This document shows positions 47,990 to 57,113 of a stretch of 64,000 nucleotides of DNA, in pieces (position 1 is the first letter of the stretch; each line of letters starts with the position of its first letter). The translations under genes were made by a program, and so were the position numbers. The notes beneath the pieces were generated by a model. The model searched no databases. It was not told where the DNA came from and saw only the letters and a program-made list of their open reading frames with translations. The DNA is from an uncultured bacterium (GTDB lineage: Bacteria; Patescibacteriota; Minisyncoccia; UBA6257; 2-01-FULL-56-20), in the NCBI GenBank assembly GCA_963696395.1, contig CAVOJZ010000002.1:656344-720343 (forward strand), read 5' to 3'.

Positions 47990-48739
47990 ATGAAAAAGAT
48001 CTATTATCTTTGGCTCCGGCAAGTGAAGAAGTATCTGCGTTCAGGCCCGCGGCTCGTCGGCCTGCTTGCCCAGCCCATCATATTCCTCGTTATGTTCGGT
48101 TACGGTTTTGGTAATGTGTTTGCGGCAGGAGGAGGGAATTATCTCGACTATCTCGCGCCGGGCATTGTCGGCATGAGTATTATTTTCACCTCTATTTTTT
48201 CCGGCCTCGAGGTAATTTGGGATCGTCAGTTTGGCTTCCTTAAAGAAACGCTTGTGGCGCCCATGTCGCGCGCGGATGTTATGATAGGCCGTACGCTCGG
48301 AGCCGCGACCGCCGCCACCATACAGGGCTGCGTGGTGCTCATTATTTCATTCTTTTTTGGCTTCAGTCCGACGACCTGGGGCGGGCTCATTCCCGCAGTT
48401 TTTCTCATGTTTCTCATCTCTCTCGTGTTTTCTTCGATCGGTATGGTAATAGGGTCGCTTATCGACGACATGCAGGCATTCCCGCTCATCGTAAATTTCC
48501 TCATCATGCCACTCTTCTTCATCTCCGGAGCACTCTTTCCACTCCAGGGACTTCCGACGTGGCTTACCGACATCGCGCGCGTGGATCCTTTGACCTACGG
48601 TATTGATGGCCTGCGAATAGTTCTATCGGACATTGGTCATCACGACTTAAGTTTGGGCACGGACACATTTGTCCTCATGGTGATGGCACTCGCGTTTATC
48701 TGGTTGGGGAGCTACTTCTTCGAAAATATCAAAGCGTAG
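47990..48739 (+). CDS. ABC-2 type transporter permease
   Basis: Six predicted TM helices. It directly follows the ATPase. Confidence 0.7.
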   Translation: MKKIYYLWLRQVKKYLRSGPRLVGLLAQPIIFLVMFGYGFGNVFAAGGGNYLDYLAPGIVGMSIIFTSIFSGLEVIWDRQFGFLKETLVAPMSRADVMIGRTLGAATAATIQGCVVLIISFFFGFSPTTWGGLIPAVFLMFLISLVFSSIGMVIGSLIDDMQAFPLIVNFLIMPLFFISGALFPLQGLPTWLTDIARVDPLTYGIDGLRIVLSDIGHHDLSLGTDTFVLMVMALAFIWLGSYFFENIKA

Positions 48740-48779
48740 GATATAATTATCAGGAAAAGTTTTATATCCATATTTATCA

Positions 48780-50324
48780 ATGAAACGTTTCCTCGCTGTA
48801 CACATGAAAGCGGTTGCGTGGACGATGGTAGGGCTCATTGCAATAGGTGCTGTTTGGTACATTGTCGTAAACCGCGAGCCCATTCTCGGAACCTATATGG
48901 TGAGCAGTGGCAGTGTGGCGGGTTCGCTCAATGAGCCGGGAATCGTGACGGTTCAGAATGACGCGAGTCTTGCATTCCAGGAGTCCGGGCAGATTGCGCA
49001 CGTGTACGTACGTGAGGGCGATGCCGTCACCGCGGGTGAGGTACTTGCCGATCTTAACCTTTCCACCCTGCGAACAGGAGTCGCGCAAGCGAGCGCCGCG
49101 CTCGCAGCCGCGCAAGCAAAGCTCGCGGAATTGCAAACCGGCGCCACGACGCAACAGATCGCGGTGTCTCAGACCGCGCTTAATTCGGCGCAACAGGCGA
49201 TTGCGAACACGTATACCTCTATCCCAAATACCGCGAATGACGCATACGCCAAAGCGAACGACGCGGTGCGGAACCAACTCGCTCCGTTCTTCGCGAACGC
49301 CGAGCAGGATAATCCTCAGCTTACGTTCCAGATTACCGACGCAAACCTCCTTAACAGCCTCCAGAGTTCCAGGCTTGCCGCGAGCACAGAATTAAATGCT
49401 TGGCAGACGGAACTTGCGAGTACGACCGTTAACGCTTCAGACGCCACTCTCGACGGAGTTCTTGCAGATGCCGCGAAGCATCTCGGCGTGATTCAGAATC
49501 TCATGCAGCTTGTAAACGTGGCGCTCACAGAAGAAACCGGACTGAATGCCACTACGCTTGCGACATACAAGACCATGGCAACAATGGCGACAACCGAAAT
49601 CAATGAAGCTATTACGGAAGTGACCGGCGCGCAGCAGGCGATAGCTTCCGAAAATGCCGCGATCGCCCAGGCGCAGGCGGGCCTTGCTCTCACAACGGCG
49701 AGTTCGACGCCGCAAGAAATCGACGCCCAAGAAGCGACCGTTGCCCAGGCACAGGCCGCAGCGTCTGCGGCACAACTGGCGCTCGATAACGGTGCGCTCA
49801 CTGCGCCATTTTCGGGAACGGTGCAAAATCTCACTGCGCAGGTGGGACAGGTGGTTTCGCCTTCCGCACCTGTGGCGCAGGTAGTAAGTAATGGCGATTT
49901 TACCATCCAGGCGTATGTATCCGAACTCGATGTCGCGAAGGTAGCGGTAGGAGACAGCGCAAGCGTGACACTTGATGCGTTCGGTAATGGAACGGCTTTC
50001 CCCGCAACGGTGACTGCAATTGATAGCGCGCAAACTGCCGTGAACGGGGTGCCGTCCTATCTCGTCACGCTTCATTTTATAAACGCCGAGCCACAAGTAA
50101 CAGCAGGCATGACGGGGAACGTGAATATCGTTCTAACAGAGGCGAGTAATACCATTGCGATTCCTAGCCGTCTTATTCTGAATGATGGCAATCAGGATTT
50201 CGTACTTCTTAAGAAGGGTTCTGCCATCGTGCGGCAGCCCGTGCAGATCGGCATTGTAGGTGGCGATGGCATGACGGAGATCGAGTCGGGCCTCACGAAC
50301 GGCGACACGCTTGCGAATTACTAA
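48780..50324 (+). CDS. Membrane-fusion (HlyD/RND-adaptor family) protein with long coiled-coil
   Basis: N-terminal TM, biotinyl/lipoyl-like beta hairpin (...VREGDAVTAGEVLADL...LTAPFSGTV...), long Ala/Gln-rich coiled coil, C-terminal beta-barrel. Confidence 0.6.
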   Translation: MKRFLAVHMKAVAWTMVGLIAIGAVWYIVVNREPILGTYMVSSGSVAGSLNEPGIVTVQNDASLAFQESGQIAHVYVREGDAVTAGEVLADLNLSTLRTGVAQASAALAAAQAKLAELQTGATTQQIAVSQTALNSAQQAIANTYTSIPNTANDAYAKANDAVRNQLAPFFANAEQDNPQLTFQITDANLLNSLQSSRLAASTELNAWQTELASTTVNASDATLDGVLADAAKHLGVIQNLMQLVNVALTEETGLNATTLATYKTMATMATTEINEAITEVTGAQQAIASENAAIAQAQAGLALTTASSTPQEIDAQEATVAQAQAAASAAQLALDNGALTAPFSGTVQNLTAQVGQVVSPSAPVAQVVSNGDFTIQAYVSELDVAKVAVGDSASVTLDAFGNGTAFPATVTAIDSAQTAVNGVPSYLVTLHFINAEPQVTAGMTGNVNIVLTEASNTIAIPSRLILNDGNQDFVLLKKGSAIVRQPVQIGIVGGDGMTEIESGLTNGDTLANY

Positions 50325-50970
50325 TATGAATGAGGATATAACCACCAATCAGCAAAGGGCAAGACAAAATAGGCGAACCGTGATATGGGCGATTGTCGCG
50401 GCCCTTGCGATCGTGATCGGCGCATACTGGTACGTAGCGGCACAAACCGTCTATATCGATCTTTCGCAAGTGCAGGCACCCATTATCAGTCTTGCGCCAT
50501 CAATTTCCGGACAGCTTCAGGCAGTGTTCGTCAACGTGGGGAGTGCGGTGACCCCAAACCAACCCGTGGCGCGCGTCGGCGGTCAAATCGTTGAAGCACA
50601 AACCACCGGAGAAATAGTCTCGGTTGATGAAAATATCGGAGAATATGAGAATGCCATGACCGGCCAGGGTGCGGTTGCCACTATGATTGAACCGACTCAA
50701 CTTCGCGTCGTCGGCGAGATCGATGAAGATAAGGGCCTTTCGGCGATTAAAGTAGGCGATGTGGCGAAGTTTACCGTAGATGCATTCGGCTCGAAAGAAT
50801 ATTATGGCGTGGTGGACGAGATCGGTCAAATTTCCGCATCGAGTGTCACATCCAACGTCTTCGATCAGCGCCCAACGAACCGCTTTGATGTTTACGTTCG
50901 CTTTGATCCGTCACGCTATCCTGAACTTAAAGATGGCATGTCGGCACGAATTTGGGTATATACCCATTAG
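50311..50970 (+). CDS. Short HlyD-family membrane-fusion-like protein
   Basis: N-terminal TM and a beta-hairpin/barrel region (GQLQAVFVNVGSAVTPNQPVARV). It overlaps the upstream gene's stop. Confidence 0.45.
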   Translation: MRITNMNEDITTNQQRARQNRRTVIWAIVAALAIVIGAYWYVAAQTVYIDLSQVQAPIISLAPSISGQLQAVFVNVGSAVTPNQPVARVGGQIVEAQTTGEIVSVDENIGEYENAMTGQGAVATMIEPTQLRVVGEIDEDKGLSAIKVGDVAKFTVDAFGSKEYYGVVDEIGQISASSVTSNVFDQRPTNRFDVYVRFDPSRYPELKDGMSARIWVYTH

Positions 50971-51049
50971 AGTCATATCGGACCATCCCGGTTTCTGTGA
51001 AAACGCGGCCTTATCATTTATCTCCAAAGTCATATTGATCCATAGGGTT

Positions 51050-51131
51050 CTAGTGGGCGAAGCACTAAGCTGGCGCTTTGGACCTGGGATAGCAAAGATT
51101 CTAGCTCAACAAAGGTTGGGCTATTTTCTTA
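51050..51131 (+). repeat. Intergenic module copy (hairpin 1 degenerate; terminator hairpin 51103-51131 intact), then a unique leader
   Basis: agcaaagattctagctcaacaaaggttgggctattttctta. Confidence 0.65.
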
Positions 51132-51171
51132 TGGATCGAGAACAAACAAAGCAAAGTGGTAAAATGAAACA

Positions 51172-54100
51172 ATGGGCAAACGATTTTCTGGGCGGCGTCA
51201 CCTCTCCGTTATCTCGGTAATCATCGTTTGTGTTTCTGCTCTTGGCGGTTTAGGAATCGTGACTCACATTGCCCACGCTGATATCACGAGCAACTTATTG
51301 GCATATTGGAAGTTTGATGATGGCAGTGGCACGATCGCCGCCGACAGCTCCGGTAATGGCTATACGGGAACGTTATATAACAATCCAACGTGGACCACGG
51401 GCGAGATCAATGGAGCGCTTTCCTTTAATGGGGCCAACCAGTACGTTCAGACCGGAAACAATCTGACGATTGGCGGCACCAATTTTACCGTGAGTGCATG
51501 GATCAAAGGAACAAATACCGTGATCTCACAGAGAGCAAGCGGAGCGGGTACCGCTCAATGGATCGTAGACATAGGGAACACCGTGAGCTTCTACAGCGAT
51601 AAAAATCCCTGGCTTTCCGGTACTATTCATCTTGTTTCGGGCCAATGGAACCAGGTTGTTGTCGTGGGAACCGCGACCAGTACTCAAATATATGTGAACG
51701 ACGTCCTCGACGTGACGGGTCCTCCTGCGTTTGACGCTTCCTCGCATCAAACCCCAACTAACAATGTTGTGATCGGCTATTCGTCGGGCACCGGCACATA
51801 CTTTTCCGGTGCGATCGACGACGTCCGCATCTATAATCGAACCCTCTTCGCGACGGACATCGCCCAGCTTTATTCTTACAACGGGGGATCGGTCGTCCCT
51901 CCTTCCGCGCCCGTCAATCTGGCCGCGACCGGCGTGACGTCGTCAACGGTCAGTTTATCTTGGAGCGCGAGCGTAGCCGGAACGTATCCGATCGCCGGAT
52001 ATAAAATATATCGGGGAGGACTGCAGGTTGGGACGACGTCGGCCACTTCGTACACCGACTCCGGCCTCCAGGCATCAACCACATATTCATATGGCGTCGC
52101 GGCCTATGATTCGCAAGGGGACATTTCGAACGAGTCGAATGTGGTGACGGTAACGACTTTGCAAGCGGACGGGGGAGGCGGCAGCAATATCGTCACGGCG
52201 GCATCGTGCAATCAAAGCGATGTCCAGGCGGCGCTCAGCGTTGTATCACCCGGCGGCACGGTAGTGATACCGGCCGGGACCTGCACATGGAATGTTGCAG
52301 TCACGGTCGGCACGTCGACGTGGCAGGGTTCCAACCAGATTTTCACCGGCCAGTCGGTTACGCTTCAGGGCGCGGGGATAGACCAGACGACGATCATAGA
52401 CAACACCGACAAGACTGGTCAGAACCCGAGCGTGATCCCGAACGCTCTGTGGATCGCCACCGATGCGTCGCATTCGGTGCGGCTCACGCAAATGACGTTC
52501 ACCGGTTCCGCGACGCCCGATCCGAACAACAAAGCCATGGTTTCCGTGAATGGTTCGGGCATCATTTGGCGCATCGACCACGTGCATTTCATTCCCGATC
52601 GCGATGCCGCTATCGCCGTCAATAATACGGTCCCAGGAGGCCTCATTGACCACAATTCATTCAATCCGACCGGTTGGTATGTCAGTTTATATGTTTTCAA
52701 TGGGGGGAGCCCATTCGGAGATCAATCATGGACCCAGCCAGCCAATTTTGGATCATCAAATTTCACTTTCATTGAAGATAACACCTTTTCTGCAAGCTCG
52801 TCGGTCTTTGGCATCGATGGATGGAGCGGCGAACGAGTCGTGATACGCCATAACACATTCATTAATATGAATTACGGCGATCATGGCACCGAAACGCCGG
52901 GGCGGTTACGCGGCGCTCGAGCTCTCGAGATATATGACAACAATACAACGTTCAACGTCCAACCGGTTGGGAGATTGGTCGATATCAGGTCTGGAACCAG
53001 CTTGATCTATAACAATACGTTCACACTCAACGGGCCATCATGGTGGGCGACCAATATCGGAAGTTACCAAAACTATCGCGACTTCGGCGTCGATATGCGG
53101 GAGTATTTCGGTCAATGCGACGGAACCGCCGGTTTTGATATGAATGACGGTGTGACATACGATGCGGGAACGGCTTCGGCGGCGAGCGTGATAAGTGGCA
53201 ATACGAGCGTGACGACATTTTCAGGAAAGAATTGGACATCCAATCAATGGGTCGGATATTCGATTTTCGATACCGCTACCGCCGGTCAATATCCTCCAGA
53301 CGGCGTGAGCTCGATCATTCTCTCGAATACCACAAACACGATCACGGCGTATTATGACACCACCCATGGGCCAGGATTGACGTTCAATGCCGGAGATGGC
53401 TTCCAGATTCTTCGGGCGACGACATGTTTGGACCAGGTCGGCCGTGGGGCGGGTAATCTCATTTCTGGTTGGCCGGCGACACCTGTCGCGTGGCCGAATC
53501 AGGCACCCGAGCCGTCGTATACCTGGAACAATACTTTGGATGGCTCGACATCCGACCTCATAAGCGAATCTCCGCATGTTGTCGAAGGAAGGGATTTTTT
53601 CAATGAAGTGCAGATGCCGGGGTATATCGCTTTCACTTATCCATTCCCTCTCGATTCAAACGGTTTCCCGAATCCGTCCGGTGGTTCCGGCGGTGGAGAC
53701 ACTCAAGCCCCAACGATATCAATCACTTCCCCCGCGAACAATGCTACGGTTTCCTCGACTATCTCTGTCCAGGCCACTGCCTCAGACAATGTCGGCGTGA
53801 CCGAAGTCCAGTTCCTCCTCGATGGCTCGGTCATCGCCACCGACCTTGCTTCCCCCTACACCTGGAGCTGGAACACAGCATCGTCTACCAATGGATCCCA
53901 TACCCTCTCTGCCAAAGCCTACGATGCCGCAGGGAACGTGGGTACCGCAACGAATGTCGGTATTACCGTGGCAAATACCTCAGGCACTGAGACTTCCACC
54001 CCAAGCATTGCTTCCTTCTCCGCCAACCCCGGCACCATTACTCAAGGACAGGCATCCACCCTCTCCTGGGTCGTATCCGGGAATCCGACCCCTACGATTG

Positions 54101-54651
54101 GCATCACCCCCAATATCGGTCAGGTAAGTGGTTCATCCGTATCCGTAACTCCAAACGAAACCACGGCATATACCCTCACAGCACAAAACAATCTGGGGAT
54201 CGCAACCGCACAAACGACCGTGACGGTAGAGACGAGTGGCGGCGGAGGAGGTGGTGGTTACTCCGGAGGCGGAACCGGCTCAGGTAGTAGTTCTGGCTCT
54301 GGCTCTGGCTCTTCTTCAGATTCTTCCCCCTCTGCTCTCCAGGCTCTTCTCCAATCCCTCTTGGCAGAGCTTGAGTCCTTGATCAACGAGCTCAACACCC
54401 AGCTCGTAGCCAGCTTTACCCGAAACCTCACGATTGGGAATTCGGGAGCGGACGCCAAAAACCTCCAGATCTTCCTCAATGACAACGGCTACACCGTATC
54501 CCTATCAGGAGCTGGATCCCTCGGACATGAATCAACCTACTTTGGCGCAAAGACACAAGAAGCCTTGGCCAAGTGGCAGAAGGCTAATCATCTTCCTGCT
54601 ACCGGATTCTTTGGAGGACTGACGCGGGGGGAGATGGAGAAGCTGTACTAG
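51172..54651 (+). CDS. Giant surface protein paralog (1159 aa): signal/TM, LamG (concanavalin-like lectin) domain, FN3, beta-helix domain, Ig-like (Big) domain, Gly/Ser linker, PG-binding module
   Basis: LamG_3-type motif LLAYWKFDDGSGTIAADSSGNGYTGTL...GALSFNGANQYV...DDVRIYNRTL. The 3' ~1 kb is nearly identical to 7600-8585. Confidence 0.8.
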   Translation: MGKRFSGRRHLSVISVIIVCVSALGGLGIVTHIAHADITSNLLAYWKFDDGSGTIAADSSGNGYTGTLYNNPTWTTGEINGALSFNGANQYVQTGNNLTIGGTNFTVSAWIKGTNTVISQRASGAGTAQWIVDIGNTVSFYSDKNPWLSGTIHLVSGQWNQVVVVGTATSTQIYVNDVLDVTGPPAFDASSHQTPTNNVVIGYSSGTGTYFSGAIDDVRIYNRTLFATDIAQLYSYNGGSVVPPSAPVNLAATGVTSSTVSLSWSASVAGTYPIAGYKIYRGGLQVGTTSATSYTDSGLQASTTYSYGVAAYDSQGDISNESNVVTVTTLQADGGGGSNIVTAASCNQSDVQAALSVVSPGGTVVIPAGTCTWNVAVTVGTSTWQGSNQIFTGQSVTLQGAGIDQTTIIDNTDKTGQNPSVIPNALWIATDASHSVRLTQMTFTGSATPDPNNKAMVSVNGSGIIWRIDHVHFIPDRDAAIAVNNTVPGGLIDHNSFNPTGWYVSLYVFNGGSPFGDQSWTQPANFGSSNFTFIEDNTFSASSSVFGIDGWSGERVVIRHNTFINMNYGDHGTETPGRLRGARALEIYDNNTTFNVQPVGRLVDIRSGTSLIYNNTFTLNGPSWWATNIGSYQNYRDFGVDMREYFGQCDGTAGFDMNDGVTYDAGTASAASVISGNTSVTTFSGKNWTSNQWVGYSIFDTATAGQYPPDGVSSIILSNTTNTITAYYDTTHGPGLTFNAGDGFQILRATTCLDQVGRGAGNLISGWPATPVAWPNQAPEPSYTWNNTLDGSTSDLISESPHVVEGRDFFNEVQMPGYIAFTYPFPLDSNGFPNPSGGSGGGDTQAPTISITSPANNATVSSTISVQATASDNVGVTEVQFLLDGSVIATDLASPYTWSWNTASSTNGSHTLSAKAYDAAGNVGTATNVGITVANTSGTETSTPSIASFSANPGTITQGQASTLSWVVSGNPTPTIGITPNIGQVSGSSVSVTPNETTAYTLTAQNNLGIATAQTTVTVETSGGGGGGGYSGGGTGSGSSSGSGSGSSSDSSPSALQALLQSLLAELESLINELNTQLVASFTRNLTIGNSGADAKNLQIFLNDNGYTVSLSGAGSLGHESTYFGAKTQEALAKWQKANHLPATGFFGGLTRGEMEKLY

Positions 54652-54734
54652 AAGGAGGCAGCAAAAAAGAAATTTCCTAAGATTTTTGCCTAAAGTTCAC
54701 CGTGCATTAGGATAGTACAAATGGCCACTCATCA

Positions 54735-55169
54735 ATGAAAAAGGTAGGGAATAAAACCAAAGTTTGCAGCAGGGGACATAAGTACTCGGGCAGTGGATTA
54801 TGCCCGGTTTGCTGGCCGTCGGGGGCTGTGGATGCTTACATCCGTAAGGCGCCAAAGGGAGCACGTTCAAAATTAATGGAAATGCGAAAGACAATACGAT
54901 CGGTCGCGCCAGATGCTCTGGAAGGTATAAGTTATAAGATGCCAGCATTCGACAACGGTCGCATAGCATGGTTCGCTAGTATGAGGGGTTATATCGGGCT
55001 GTATCTCCGCCCGCCGATTATTGAGATCCACAAGAAAAAATTGGCGCGATTTAAAACTACAAAGTCCGCCATCCATTTTCCCTTGGACGAGAAGCTCCCC
55101 ATCGCACTGATTAAAAAACTTATCAGGTCACGCATGAAAACACGGAGCAAATCAGACGCGCGATATTGA
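54735..55169 (+). CDS. DUF1801 (YdhG-like) domain protein with N-terminal Cys4 zinc ribbon
   Basis: CSRGHKYSGSGLCPVC; ...EGISYKMPAFDNGRIAWFASMRGYIGLY... Confidence 0.5.
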   Translation: MKKVGNKTKVCSRGHKYSGSGLCPVCWPSGAVDAYIRKAPKGARSKLMEMRKTIRSVAPDALEGISYKMPAFDNGRIAWFASMRGYIGLYLRPPIIEIHKKKLARFKTTKSAIHFPLDEKLPIALIKKLIRSRMKTRSKSDARY

Positions 55170-55187
55170 GGCAATCCGAAGTCCACC

Positions 55188-55718
55188 ATGAATGAGATCA
55201 AGCTCAATGTATGGAAAACGCTTACCTTGGATCGTTTTGATTCGGTAGATGCGATAGAAAAAGCTCTTACTCGGAAAAACATATCGGTCAGTAAATTTGC
55301 GCTGGAAGTCCTTCAAGGCATTCCGCTTGTGAAGGATCAGCAGAAGATTGAACTCATAAAGATTTCCCCAAGGTATTTGGGCTTCACAGTGAGAGATCAG
55401 GCCCAACGAGAAGTAATATTGGATCGTGCAAAGAAAATAGGGCTTCGACTCGTTCCACCGCAGGTGGGATCGCAGGTTTTACTTGAAGATCCTCAAGCTC
55501 CCAATGAGTGCGTTGAGGAAGGGATGTATATTGGCATGAATCCTGTTTCAACCGCTCGAGGAGAGTCCGGTATATTTGCAATTGAAGGGACGCTGCACGC
55601 TGAATATGACGGCGAAGGTAGGGGTCCCACCATAACGTCAGGCGTGCCCGTACTTTCGGCGAGTAGCGGTCTCGGAATTGGTTATGATCTAGATTCGGAA
55701 TGGATTTTCATGCGGTAA
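55188..55718 (+). CDS. Hypothetical protein (176 aa)
   Basis: ORF only. Confidence 0.3.
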   Translation: MNEIKLNVWKTLTLDRFDSVDAIEKALTRKNISVSKFALEVLQGIPLVKDQQKIELIKISPRYLGFTVRDQAQREVILDRAKKIGLRLVPPQVGSQVLLEDPQAPNECVEEGMYIGMNPVSTARGESGIFAIEGTLHAEYDGEGRGPTITSGVPVLSASSGLGIGYDLDSEWIFMR

Positions 55719-56080
55719 TTCGGCTTAAAGGAGTTTGCACACGGGCACTGCTCAATGCCGTTTCGCTCGCCGGGAACTTAGCAATGGAAAATAAATTTGA
55801 TGAGCAATTCCTCAAGCTCGCCGATGTTTGCTATGCCGACGCACTCAATTCGGCGGTGTACGCCAGGCAGGATGTGCGGCTTTTTTATAGCGGCAGGGCT
55901 TTGTATAATGAAGGCATGAAAGTGAGAAGGGTTGTTGAATTGCTCCATCATTTTTGTTGCAAGAAATGTAAGAAATGGTGGTCGATAGGTGATGCGCCGA
56001 TAAATAAGCACGTCTGGTTTTGCCCGTGGTGCGGAACGGAAAATAATTACCAATCCAAGAATGGAAGCGCGAAGCGGTAA
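55700..56080 (+). CDS. Small zinc-ribbon protein, copy 2 (conserved 54-aa core from ATG 55916: MKVRRVVELLHHFCCKKCKKWWSIGDAPINKHVWFCPWCGTENNYQSKNGSAKR; the in-frame upstream extension is unique to this copy)
   Basis: The core is about 90% nt-identical to 30020-30195 and is followed by the module's terminator hairpin. Confidence 0.5.
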   Translation: MDFHAVIRLKGVCTRALLNAVSLAGNLAMENKFDEQFLKLADVCYADALNSAVYARQDVRLFYSGRALYNEGMKVRRVVELLHHFCCKKCKKWWSIGDAPINKHVWFCPWCGTENNYQSKNGSAKR

Positions 56081-56090
56081 CGAAGATTTT

Positions 56091-56119
56091 AGCTCAACAA
56101 AGGTTGGGCTATTTTCTTG
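56091..56119 (+). terminator. Intrinsic terminator of the intergenic module (agctcaac/gttgggct + ATTTTCTT)
   Basis: 8-bp stem with wobble pairs and a 4-nt loop AAAG. The same hairpin occurs at 30230, 34611 and 51103 with compensatory substitutions. Confidence 0.7.
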
Positions 56120-56467
56120 GTGGAATGTTACAATACAGTCATGAATGAATCGTCGGCGAATTTTTATGAGCAATTGAAACGACAGATGAATGAAGAGCAG
56201 GACTCCAGGGAGAAAGATTTAGCTGAACTACAAAAAGAACTCGATGGTTCACGGCGGACGTTCAACTCAGTCCCAGAAAATCGCAAGCACGAGGCGGTAC
56301 AAAGGATGAAGGTAAAATTAGTGGAGATTGAAATATTGGAAAGACGGATTGAAGCATTCAAGAAAGATCCCTCTACCCGTCCCCTCCCTCTTTCTGAAGA
56401 AGAGGATCTGGCTATAAGAAAAAGGATTAGTGATATGACCGCTGAAGAAGTTTTGGCGGGAAAGTAG
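56117..56467 (+). CDS. Hypothetical coiled-coil protein (116 aa), likely leaderless (TGTTACAAT 6 nt before the ATG)
   Basis: Charged, helical ORF. Confidence 0.4.
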   Translation: MVECYNTVMNESSANFYEQLKRQMNEEQDSREKDLAELQKELDGSRRTFNSVPENRKHEAVQRMKVKLVEIEILERRIEAFKKDPSTRPLPLSEEEDLAIRKRISDMTAEEVLAGK

Positions 56468-56482
56468 CCATATATTAAAGGC

Positions 56483-57028
56483 ATGAACCTCAAAGAATTC
56501 ACCAAGTTCGTAGCGGCCATGCTGATCTCTGAAGCCGCTGGAGTTATCGGCTCGATTTATTCAATTCCAGCTATCACGACGTGGTATGTGGGACTCGCGA
56601 AAGCTCCTCTCGGTCCGCCAAATTATGTATTCGGTCCGGTTTGGATAACGCTCTACGCCCTGATTGGAATTGCACTCTATCTTGTGTGGCGGAATAGTTG
56701 GCATGTAAAGAACCACATTATCGAGGGAGATCGGCGAGCGTGGAATTCCATGTCGAAAAGATTTTGGACCGGAGATTTGCAAAAGCAAAACATTATGGCG
56801 CTCTTTGCGATTCAGTGGATTCTGAACGTGGCATGGTCGGTTATATTTTTCGGCCTGCATCAACCAGGGTGGGCCTTCTTCGAAATTATCGCGCTATGGG
56901 TTTCGATCATTTATCTTATGATCAATTTCTACCGGGTTTCAAAGTCAGCGGCATGGATTTTGGTGCCATATCTGGCATGGGTTAGCTTTGCGGCTTATTT
57001 GAATTGCTTCACCTGGATTAAAAATTAA
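56483..57028 (+). CDS. TspO/MBR (tryptophan-rich sensory protein) family membrane protein
   Basis: ...PPNYVFGPVWITLYALIGIALYLVWRN... Five TM helices and Trp-rich. Confidence 0.7.
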   Translation: MNLKEFTKFVAAMLISEAAGVIGSIYSIPAITTWYVGLAKAPLGPPNYVFGPVWITLYALIGIALYLVWRNSWHVKNHIIEGDRRAWNSMSKRFWTGDLQKQNIMALFAIQWILNVAWSVIFFGLHQPGWAFFEIIALWVSIIYLMINFYRVSKSAAWILVPYLAWVSFAAYLNCFTWIKN

Positions 57029-57034
57029 AGCGGG

Positions 57035-57113
57035 GGCGAAGCGCTAAAACAGCGCTTATCCCCAAGTATTATTTCGCTCTAAAGAGGGTCGGGTAAACTG
57101 ATAGGTAAGCTAT
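57035..57113 (+). repeat. Partial intergenic module (hairpin 1 aagcgct/agcgctt; leader ggtaaactgataggtaag), no poly-C
   Basis: gggcgaagcgctaaaacagcgctt...ggtaaactgataggtaagctatATG. Confidence 0.6.

Noticed and set aside
48226-50096. Minus-strand ORFs inside the ABC permease and HlyD genes (48226-48573, 48777-49277, 49437-50096, 49493-49906)
   Set aside because: They are antisense to well-supported transporter and adaptor genes, and their Arg/Cys-rich composition is artefactual.
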